A stretch of 26,529 nucleotides of DNA from NCBI GenBank assembly GCA_964587845.1, contig CAZPNG010000154.1, forward strand, positions 1-26,529, read 5' to 3'. Positions within the stretch are counted from its first letter, which is position 1, and every line of letters starts with the position of its first letter. The notes below the pieces were generated by a model. The model was not told the DNA's origin and searched no databases. It saw only the letters and a program-made list of their open reading frames with translations. A program made the position numbers and the translations under genes. Positions 1 to 5,712 of the stretch are shown here, one piece after another. Origin of the DNA: an uncultured bacterium (GTDB lineage: Bacteria > Omnitrophota > Omnitrophia > Omnitrophales > CAZPNG01).

Positions 1-96
1 GATCGTGTCGTCATTGACCGCAGCCTTGCCCGCCGCATCGAATCCGTGATCCAGCTTTCCGCCTTAAGCCGCCAGGCGATCGCCCGCGCCGCCTAA
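1..96 (+). CDS. 3' end of an upstream gene, product not identifiable
   Basis: Frame 1 is open from base 1 to TAA at 94-96 (DRVVIDRSLARRIESVIQLSALSRQAIARAA*) and is followed by a promoter-like element. Too short to assign a family. Confidence 0.35.
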   Translation, partial: DRVVIDRSLARRIESVIQLSALSRQAIARAA

Positions 97-111
97 TTCC
101 GCCGGAGTCGA

Positions 112-140
112 TTGACAAACCCCAATGGCTGTGCTACGTT
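112..140 (+). promoter_or_regulatory. sigma70-type promoter for the bactofilin-HTH operon
   Basis: TTGACA (112-117), 17-nt spacer, TGc extended -10, TACGTT (135-140). The same TGTGCTA junction recurs in the promoters before the bamD-like gene and rpsT. Confidence 0.6.
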
Positions 141-194
141 ACGTCGATTCCCATCTTTGCCAGCGCACGTCCGCAAGCCACTAGGAGGGAACCC

Positions 195-731
195 ATGGCC
201 AAGAAAACCCGCGAAGAGCTCGAAGGCAAGATCCTCGACGTCGATGCGAGCATGCAAGGCACCATTTCCTTCAAGGACCCGGTCAATCTTCGCATCAACG
301 GGAGTTTCGAGGGCAAGCTCGACACCCGCGGCACGCTCACGATCGGTGAAAACGCCACCGTGCGCGCCAACATTCAGGGGGACCGCATCTTGATCGCGGG
401 CAAGGTGTGGGGCGACATCCTCGCTCGGGAGTCCCTTTCCATCGTGAGTCCGGGTTTGGTGCGGGGCAATGTGCAGACGCCTTTGATCAGCATCACGGAG
501 GGCGCTCGCATGGACGGGCAAATCTCCATGGGGGGCACGGCTCGCGGCGCCGAGGGGACTGATGAAACGATGAGCCTCGAAGACGTGGCCCGCTACCTCG
601 AGGTGGAGATTCATGTGGTGGAAGAGTGGGCCCGCAAGAAGAAGATCCCGGCGGTGCGCGATGACGCCGGCTGGAAGTTCCAGCGCGCCGAGCTGGACCG
701 TTGGATTCAAGAAGAACGCGTCAAGGTCTGA
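195..731 (+). CDS. Bactofilin (polymer-forming cytoskeletal protein) fused to a C-terminal excisionase/MerR-like HTH (HTH_17-type) domain
   Basis: Residues ~13-112 show the bactofilin beta-helix pattern (LRINGSFEGKL..RGTLTIGENATVRANIQGDRILIAGKVWGDI..LSI..GLVRGNV.TPLISITEGARMDGQISM). The C-terminus MSLEDVARYLEV..VVEEWARKKKIPAVR..WKFQRAELDRWI is an excisionase-like winged HTH. SD GGAGG lies upstream of the ATG. Confidence 0.88.
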   Translation: MAKKTREELEGKILDVDASMQGTISFKDPVNLRINGSFEGKLDTRGTLTIGENATVRANIQGDRILIAGKVWGDILARESLSIVSPGLVRGNVQTPLISITEGARMDGQISMGGTARGAEGTDETMSLEDVARYLEVEIHVVEEWARKKKIPAVRDDAGWKFQRAELDRWIQEERVKV

Positions 732-736
732 GGAAA

Positions 737-1039
737 GTGTCTGAACGGTTTTTAAGTCTTGAAGAAACGATGCAATTCCTCTCGACTGAGCGCCGTGGCG
801 TCGAGGACCTCGTGCAGCGCGGCAAGCTCGTGGCGTACCGCATGGGCGGCACCTACCTTCGATTCAAGAAAGAAGAAGTCGAGTCTCTCCTGGCGGGCCG
901 CCGCCGCAAGTTTTCCTGGTCGGTCTCAGGGGGTCAGCGCACCCTGGCCGCGCGCATGCGCGACTTCTGGGCCTTCAACAATCTTTACATCGTGTCCGCG
1001 CTGGTCCTTCTGGTTCTCTTCGTCATCTTCTATCAATAA
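737..1039 (+). CDS. Excisionase-like HTH protein with a C-terminal transmembrane anchor
   Basis: GTG at 737, just after the previous stop. FLSLEETMQFL..VEDLVQRGKLVAYRMGGTYLRFKKEEVESLL is HTH_17-like. The hydrophobic C-terminus LYIVSALVLLVLFVIFYQ fits one TM helix. The ORF-track start at 701 overlaps the previous gene and is less likely. Confidence 0.8.
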   Translation: MSERFLSLEETMQFLSTERRGVEDLVQRGKLVAYRMGGTYLRFKKEEVESLLAGRRRKFSWSVSGGQRTLAARMRDFWAFNNLYIVSALVLLVLFVIFYQ

Positions 1040-1054
1040 AACCCTCTCCCCGAC

Positions 1055-1528
1055 ATGAAAGCCGTGCGCCTGACCCGTGCGGGGTTCACAAAGCTCAAAG
1101 CTGAGCTGGATGACCTCAAGAAAAATCGCCGACCCCAGGTGATCCGCGACATCGCCGAGGCGCGCGCCAAGGGTGACCTGCGTGAGAACGCCGAGTACGA
1201 TGCCGCCAAGGACGCGCAGGCGCACCTGGAAAAGCGAATTGCTGACCTTGAGACGCAGCTTTCACACGTGGAGTTTCTCGAAGACTTCGACATCGACGCC
1301 AGCAAAGCGTATCTCGGCAGCGTCGTGCGCTTGAAGGACCTCGTGCGCGACAAGGAGATCGAGTACCTCCTGGTTTCCAAAGAAGAGGCGGATCACGCGG
1401 CCGGCAAGATTTCCATCGAGTCCCCGGTGGGCCGCGCCCTGTTGGGTAAGGAGAAAGGCGCGCGCGTAACGGGCAGCGTGCCGGCCGGGGCGTTCTCCTA
1501 CGAAATCCTCAGCATCCGGCGCGCCTGA
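1055..1528 (+). CDS. greA: Transcription elongation factor GreA
   Basis: LTRAGFTKLKAEL..RPQVIRDIAEARAKGDLRENAEYDAAK (GDLxENAEY motif) and ISIESPVGRALLGK. Confidence 0.97.
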   Translation: MKAVRLTRAGFTKLKAELDDLKKNRRPQVIRDIAEARAKGDLRENAEYDAAKDAQAHLEKRIADLETQLSHVEFLEDFDIDASKAYLGSVVRLKDLVRDKEIEYLLVSKEEADHAAGKISIESPVGRALLGKEKGARVTGSVPAGAFSYEILSIRRA

Positions 1529-1531
1529 CGC

Positions 1532-2668
1532 GTGAGCGAAGTCGTTCGCCTCATCACACTCGCCGCATTCCGAAGGCTCAAACGAAGGCCAAACTTTCTT
1601 GGCTTCACGTTCAGCCCCGGCGAACGGCGCTACGCGCTCACCCGCCCACATCCGGATGAGCATCTGTCGGCCCGCTACGCCGCCAAGCTTGCGTTGCTCG
1701 AGCTGCTGGCCTGGGCGAAGCCGCCCGTGGCCCTGCGCGAGCTTGAAATTGCGCGAAAGCCGCATTCGCCGCCCGAGTTTCATCTAAGCGCCCGAGTTCG
1801 TCAGGCGCTCGGCCTCCCGCAGAAAGGCCCCCTGTGGCTCAGCTTGACGCACGAGCGCGACCGCGCGGCCGCGTATGTGGTTTTCCGGGCCGCTGAGCGG
1901 GTTCTCACCGTGACCGCCGATGACTTCAATCTTGCCCCGGGAGTCTCACGCGGCATTCTCGATGCGCACGAGCGGGGGATCGTCAGCAACACGTCTTTTT
2001 TGGTGAATTACCCGTTTCCAAGTGCTGTGCGCGCGCAACTGGCGCGTGCCAGGCGGCTGGCCGTCGGGCTGCACGTGAATCTCGTGCGCGGCAAGCCCGT
2101 GGCGGGGCGCTCGCGGGTGCGCGCGCTCCTCACCGCTGCCGGAGAGTTCACGCCCAGGCCCCTTGCGTTCTACAACACGGTGAGCCGCTCGGCACTGGAG
2201 TCCGAATGCCGGGCTCAGTTCAAGCGCTTCTCGAGCCTCTTGGGCGCGAAACCCCATCACTTGGACACGCACCACCACACCCACCGCCATCCGCGCGTGC
2301 TGGCGGTCGTGATGCAGCTTGCGCGCGAGCACGGCATTCCCGTGCGCCACACGGGGGAGGCAGGCCGGCATCACCCGTTGTTTTTAGCCGACCGCGTGTG
2401 GGGTTCACTCGACCGCGCGGGCATTTGGTCGCAGGCGTCGCTCGCGAAGAAGCTGCAAGCGTTGCCGAAGGGCGTCACGGAGGTGGCGTGCCATCCCGGC
2501 CGGGTAGACCGCCTGCTCGCCACCCGCAGCAGCTTTCTCGGCGAACGGGAGAAGGAAACGGCCGTGTTTTGCGCTCCCGGGCTGCGGCGCCTGCTCGCGC
2601 GCGAGAGAATCTGGCTCGCCTCGAGCCGAACCTTGGGGAGTCTTCGTGAACATTCTGCTGACGAATGA
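1532..2668 (+). CDS. Fusion of a degenerate AcpS-like (phosphopantetheinyl transferase) domain and a YdjC/ChbG-family carbohydrate deacetylase
   Basis: Residues ~20-118 (FTFSPGERRY..EHLSARYAAKLA..LEIARK..P.F.L..LSLTHE..AAAYV) follow the AcpS pattern. Residues ~124-378 carry YdjC motifs TADDFNL, TSFLVN, VGLHVNL, ECRAQF, HLDTHHHTH and EVACHPG. Confidence 0.8.
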   Translation: MSEVVRLITLAAFRRLKRRPNFLGFTFSPGERRYALTRPHPDEHLSARYAAKLALLELLAWAKPPVALRELEIARKPHSPPEFHLSARVRQALGLPQKGPLWLSLTHERDRAAAYVVFRAAERVLTVTADDFNLAPGVSRGILDAHERGIVSNTSFLVNYPFPSAVRAQLARARRLAVGLHVNLVRGKPVAGRSRVRALLTAAGEFTPRPLAFYNTVSRSALESECRAQFKRFSSLLGAKPHHLDTHHHTHRHPRVLAVVMQLAREHGIPVRHTGEAGRHHPLFLADRVWGSLDRAGIWSQASLAKKLQALPKGVTEVACHPGRVDRLLATRSSFLGEREKETAVFCAPGLRRLLARERIWLASSRTLGSLREHSADE

Positions 2669-3431
2669 CGATGGCATCGACGCGCCGGGTCTGGTGGCGC
2701 TCGAGACCCACCTGGCCGCGCGGCACGCCGTCGCGACCGTGGCTCCCCGTTTCCATGTCTCGGGATCCGGCCACAGCATCTCGCTTTCCAAGCCCATGCG
2801 GGTGGAGCGGCGCAAGCGGGGGAGTGTCGAGCTTTGCTCGATCGAGGGCACGCCGGCGGACTGCGTCAAGTTCGCGCTGTTCGGCCTGGGACTGAAACCC
2901 GACGTGGTCTTGTCAGGATTCAACCTTGGCGCCAACACGGGCGTGAGCGTGCATTACTCGGGCACGGTTTCTGCGGCGCGTGAGGCCTTGATTGCCGGAA
3001 CGCCTGCGATCGCCCTCTCGGTCGCGTCGCGCGAGGTTCATGACTTTGCCGGGCCGTGCCGGGTGGTGGACGTCCTCCTGGCTCATGAAGCTTTGTGGCG
3101 GGACCCCCTAGCCACCATGCTCAACGTCAACATTCCGCCCGTGGCCCTTGGCGAGATCAAGGGGATCCGGGTCACCCAGCAAGCGCGCTCGCGGTTTGCG
3201 GAGAACTTTCAGTGGCAGGGCTCCGGAGAGGATGAAACGGTGCTTCTGACAGGCGAGATTCTCTTGATCGAGGACAATGCGCATGCCGACGAGGAGGCCG
3301 TGCGTTCGGGCTACGTGTCGGTGACGCCGCTTGGGCTCGATCTGACGGATTACAAGCGCTGGGAAAGTCTAAAGGCGCGCGAGGGGGACTTGGATAGCCG
3401 TGACTGGCAGGGGAGGAAGCCTAGTGGGTGA
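2646..3431 (+). CDS. surE: 5'/3'-nucleotidase SurE
   Basis: NILLTNDDGIDAPGL, SGSGHSIS, GTPADCVK, SGFNLGANTG..YSGTVSAAREA, GYVSVTPL. GTG start overlaps the end of the upstream gene. Confidence 0.97.
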   Translation: MNILLTNDDGIDAPGLVALETHLAARHAVATVAPRFHVSGSGHSISLSKPMRVERRKRGSVELCSIEGTPADCVKFALFGLGLKPDVVLSGFNLGANTGVSVHYSGTVSAAREALIAGTPAIALSVASREVHDFAGPCRVVDVLLAHEALWRDPLATMLNVNIPPVALGEIKGIRVTQQARSRFAENFQWQGSGEDETVLLTGEILLIEDNAHADEEAVRSGYVSVTPLGLDLTDYKRWESLKAREGDLDSRDWQGRKPSG

Positions 3432-3612
3432 GCGAGCTGTCGAGGGTTTCGAAAATGATGGTGACAAGGTTGTTGCACTTGGGGCACTTGATTTGTTTGA
3501 AGGCCTGGATGTTCTCGTGCTTGGGCCGGTACATGATGCTCAGCACGCGCGTGACAAAGCGCGATTCATCGCCGGTCCATTCGCACGAAGAGCATGTGTA
3601 CAACGGTTTCAC
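3421..3612 (-). CDS. Small zinc-ribbon protein (63 aa), function unknown
   Basis: GTG at 3612 is preceded on the minus strand by AGGAAG. The protein MKPLYTCSSC..KQIKCPKCNNLV has two CxxC pairs. Its stop overlaps the surE end convergently. The ORF track uses a TTG at 3633. Confidence 0.65.
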   Translation of the reverse strand: MKPLYTCSSCEWTGDESRFVTRVLSIMYRPKHENIQAFKQIKCPKCNNLVTIIFETLDSSLTH

Positions 3613-3686
3613 GCTATTCTTCCTTTCCCTCAAGCGGCCCCGTGTTAGGAACCTATCGGCCTCGGAAGGCCTAACTTTAACCCGCC

Positions 3687-3714
3687 TTGGCAGGACTCTT
3701 GCTCCTTCTAAAGT
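3687..3714 (+). promoter_or_regulatory. Possible sigma70 promoter for the tandem secreted-protein pair
   Basis: TTGGCA (3687-3692), 16-nt spacer, TAAAGT (3709-3714). Imperfect match to consensus. Confidence 0.3.
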
Positions 3715-3818
3715 CTACTTGATCCCTGGCCTCAATCCTAGGGGGTTCCTGCCGATACATTAATGGGCAGGCTCCGTATGCCTTTTCGCGTAGGGACTGC
3801 CACAGAAAGGAGGTTGTT

Positions 3819-4139
3819 ATGAAAAAGTTGATGGTGCTGGCAATCGTAGCCATGATGGTGTTGAACCTGGCGCCCGGGGCGTACGCCTTGGGAGAGCTGA
3901 ATCCCGACATGACGAAAGTCTTCACTCGGGGATTCAAAAACGCCCTGACCTTTTGGGTGGAGGTGCCCAAGACCCTCTACCATGAAGGCAAGGCGGAGCC
4001 GGGGAAGGGCCACCTTCGGGGCGTTTTTCTCGGCCCCATGAAGGCCTTCGAGCGTGCCTTGAGCGGTGTCTGGGATATGGCGACCTCGCCATGCAGCCAG
4101 GCTGACAGGCTGGCCGTCGATCCTGAAACGTTGATTTAG
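3819..4139 (+). CDS. Secreted small protein, resembles the TIGR04073 (exosortase-system-associated) family; paralogue 1
   Basis: Strong SD AAAGGAGG. Signal peptide MKKLMVLAIVAMMVLNLAPGAYA. Pattern RGFKNALTFWVEVPK..G..LGP..A.ER.LSGVWDMATSP..DPETL recalls that family. The family match is from memory, not a search. Confidence 0.7.
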   Translation: MKKLMVLAIVAMMVLNLAPGAYALGELNPDMTKVFTRGFKNALTFWVEVPKTLYHEGKAEPGKGHLRGVFLGPMKAFERALSGVWDMATSPCSQADRLAVDPETLI

Positions 4140-4187
4140 CGGTAGCGAACTGCTTGGTTTGGCGAGACTCAGAAAGGAGCGTGTAGG

Positions 4188-4532
4188 GTGAGACGCAGAA
4201 GAGAAATTTTGGTTGTGGGGTCAGCCGCCCTGCTCATCGTTGCGTTGGCGTGCCCGGCGTTTGCGGGCGACTACTTCACGAACATGGCCAACGCTTGGAC
4301 GCGAGGCGTGACCAATGTCGCCACCTGTCCCCTGGAAATCTTCAAGACGCTGGACAAGTATCACTCCGGCGAATTGGGCGTCAAGATCAAAGGGGTGAGC
4401 TGCATTCAGGGCTTGGTTCACGGCACGGGCAAGGCGGCTATCCGCGCTGCGAACGGCGCGTGGGATATCGTGGCGGGTCTCATCCCCGGTCACCAGGACG
4501 GGATACCGCTCGATCCGGAAACCCTGGTTTAA
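4188..4532 (+). CDS. Secreted small protein, TIGR04073-like; paralogue 2
   Basis: SD AAAGGAG 8 nt before GTG. Signal peptide ends AFA. RGVTNVATCPLEIFK..GLVHGTGKAAIRAANGAWDIVAG..PLDPETLV is homologous to the upstream gene, and both end DPETL[IV]*. Confidence 0.7.
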   Translation: MRRRREILVVGSAALLIVALACPAFAGDYFTNMANAWTRGVTNVATCPLEIFKTLDKYHSGELGVKIKGVSCIQGLVHGTGKAAIRAANGAWDIVAGLIPGHQDGIPLDPETLV

Positions 4533-4554
4533 CGCGAAACACTGTCCAAAAATT

Positions 4555-4614
4555 AGGAGGCGTTATCAAAGCCGATCCCTGAAGGGTCAGCTCTGATAAC
4601 GCCTCCTGTTTTTT
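4555..4614. terminator. Probable bidirectional intrinsic terminator
   Basis: Perfect 14-bp stem AGGAGGCGTTATCA (4555-4568) / TGATAACGCCTCCT (4594-4607), with further pairing in the 25-nt interior. An A-run precedes it (4548-4552) and a T6 run follows (4609-4614). It lies between convergent transcription units. Confidence 0.7.
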
Positions 4615-4669
4615 AGGGCGTGGTGCCGGTGGACCTACCCCCGTGGCATCAGTTGTTCGTGAAAGCAGA

Positions 4670-5254
4670 CTAATCTTTCTTTGCCAGACCCAGGACTTCT
4701 AGGAATTCGTCCACATTCTTGGAGACACGAATCGTGTGTTTTATCTTGGCGGATTGCGGGATTTTATAAAGGTGAGCCGTAAAACCGAGTTTGGCGATCG
4801 CGGCCATAACGTCGGTTGCTAAACTTGGCAGCATCGTTACGAAATTTACCATCTTGTATGCCCTGTCGTAGTAAATAGAGCCGTCGGTTTCAATGAGCCC
4901 CTGGAGGCAAGGGATGATGAAGCGTTTATCGTTTTGAATCCAGCGAGGAACGGAAACTTGCTGGCGGTATTTCGGCCCCTTGTCTGCTTTCCATCCGAGC
5001 CACCTCTCCCATCGATTGGAATAACAGCTAATGTCGACACAATTTTTAGGACGGCGTACAAGACTTACTTTATTATGCGGCAGGAGAGTTTGAATCGCTC
5101 TACAGATGCGGCGGAGAATGCTCTTGTATTTAACGTCACACGTGATTCTCAGTCTGGTAGCTCCACGGTTAGGATTTGAAAGATTGCCGTCCCCGATCGC
5201 GGCACCTACCACATAGGCTAAGACTTTCCTATCTACATCATGCAGATGAGGCAT
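4670..5254 (-). CDS. Free-standing double-motif LAGLIDADG homing-endonuclease-like protein (~194 aa)
   Basis: Two LAGLIDADG helices, LAYVVGAAIGDGNL and CLQGLIETDGSI. The first ATG outside the tRNA-Leu gene is at 5254; the ORF-track extension to 5368 runs through the tRNA. Hand-counted GC is ~47-48% in two sample lines versus ~65% in a leuS line. Confidence 0.88.
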   Translation of the reverse strand: MPHLHDVDRKVLAYVVGAAIGDGNLSNPNRGATRLRITCDVKYKSILRRICRAIQTLLPHNKVSLVRRPKNCVDISCYSNRWERWLGWKADKGPKYRQQVSVPRWIQNDKRFIIPCLQGLIETDGSIYYDRAYKMVNFVTMLPSLATDVMAAIAKLGFTAHLYKIPQSAKIKHTIRVSKNVDEFLEVLGLAKKD

Positions 5255-5257
5255 TCG

Positions 5258-5340
5258 TGCCGCTGGTCGGAGTCGAACCGACATGAGCTCGCGCTCACAG
5301 GTTTTTGAGACCTGCATGTCTGCCATTCCATCACAGCGGC
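5258..5340 (-). tRNA. tRNA-Leu(CAA), CCA not encoded
   Basis: GCCGCTG/CAGCGGC acceptor stem plus discriminator A. Anticodon arm CAGGT-CTCAAAA-ACCTG. Long variable arm TGAGC-GCGA-GCTCA. T arm GTCGG-TTCGACT-CCGAC. The gene is followed by CGA rather than CCA. Confidence 0.95.
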
Positions 5341-5345
5341 ATAAC

Positions 5346-5444
5346 GTGTACCTGAGGGGATTTGACACCTGCGGCTCGCTCTGTCTTTCTGCGTCTCGCT
5401 GGCGCTCGACGCGGCCAGGCTTGCCCCAAGTCGGCCACAGGCCC
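5346..5444 (-). pseudogene. tRNA-Ala-derived remnant with an unrelated GC-rich hairpin interior
   Basis: The 5' end GGGCCTGT is identical to the adjacent tRNA-Ala 5' end. The 3' end CAGGTGTCAAATCCCCTCAGGTACAC resembles CAGGGGTTCGAATCCCCTCAGGTCCAC, with 13 identical nt (5350-5362 vs 5479-5491). There is no recognisable anticodon arm and no CCA. Confidence 0.6.
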
Positions 5445-5472
5445 GCTCAATTCGAGATCACATGCACCATCT

Positions 5473-5548
5473 TGGTGGACCTGAGGGGATTCGAACCCCT
5501 GACCCTCAGCATGCCATGCTGATGCTCTGCCGGCTGAGCTACAGGCCC
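5473..5548 (-). tRNA. tRNA-Ala(GGC)
   Basis: 76 nt. GGGCCTG/CAGGTCC acceptor with the G3:U70 alanine identity pair. Anticodon arm TCAGC-ATGGCAT-GCTGA with A32/U38 as in known Ala(GGC) tRNAs. T arm AGGGG-TTCGAAT-CCCCT. ACCA end is encoded. Confidence 0.96.
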
Positions 5549-5595
5549 GTGTAAGCTTATTTAGAAGACCCCTCGTGTCTGACTGATCACTCGGG

Positions 5596-5656
5596 GTATA
5601 AATTCGCGCGGTGACTTACGTCTGCTGAGTTCCGTAAGTCACGCGCTCATTTATAC
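5596..5656. repeat. Long imperfect inverted repeat in the tRNA/leuS divergent intergenic region
   Basis: GTATAAAT..GCGCG-GTGACTTACG (5596-5620), 12-nt loop, CGTAAGTCAC-GCGC..ATTTATAC (5633-5656). The inner 10 bp pair perfectly. Confidence 0.75.
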
Positions 5657-5678
5657 TTACATTTTTTTGCCTTGTCAA
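5650..5678 (-). promoter_or_regulatory. sigma70 promoter for the tRNA-Ala / tRNA-Leu / endonuclease transcript
   Basis: Minus strand TTGACA (5678-5673), 17-nt spacer, TATAAA (5655-5650). Confidence 0.7.
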
Positions 5679-5701
5679 TTCCTTTTCCCGCAGTGTAAGA
5701 T
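5672..5701 (+). promoter_or_regulatory. Probable leuS promoter sharing its -35 region with the divergent tRNA promoter
   Basis: TTGTCA (5672-5677), 18-nt spacer, TAAGAT (5696-5701). The leuS ATG is only 11 nt further on. Confidence 0.45.
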
Positions 5702-5712
5702 GCCAACTCCGC

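Noticed and set aside
195-1039. Prophage or ICE remnant, suggested by two excisionase-like HTH domains
   Set aside because: No integrase or att site nearby, host-like GC, and an operon with greA. The domains are fused to cellular modules.
4577-4586. CCCTGAAGGG inside the terminator as a third copy of the 75-bp element
   Set aside because: Only the small TGAA-loop hairpin is similar. There is no flanking identity or GCGCCG repeat.
4670-5340. Group I intron or intein hosting the endonuclease in tRNA-Leu
   Set aside because: The tRNA-Leu anticodon loop is uninterrupted, no downstream exon or recognisable P/Q/R/S core was seen, and there are no intein splice motifs or host extein.
5255-5368. 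ORF-track N-terminal extension of the LAGLIDADG protein (232 aa)
   Set aside because: It runs through the complete tRNA-Leu gene and the tRNA-like remnant. The ATG at 5254 gives a full double-motif protein.
5346-5444. tmRNA, suggested by the Ala-like ends with G3:U70
   Set aside because: Only 99 nt, with no tag ORF or pseudoknot region, no CCA and a defective T arm.
5549-5712. T-box riboswitch upstream of leuS
   Set aside because: No T-box consensus or terminator/antiterminator on the + strand, and the predicted leuS leader is only a few nt.
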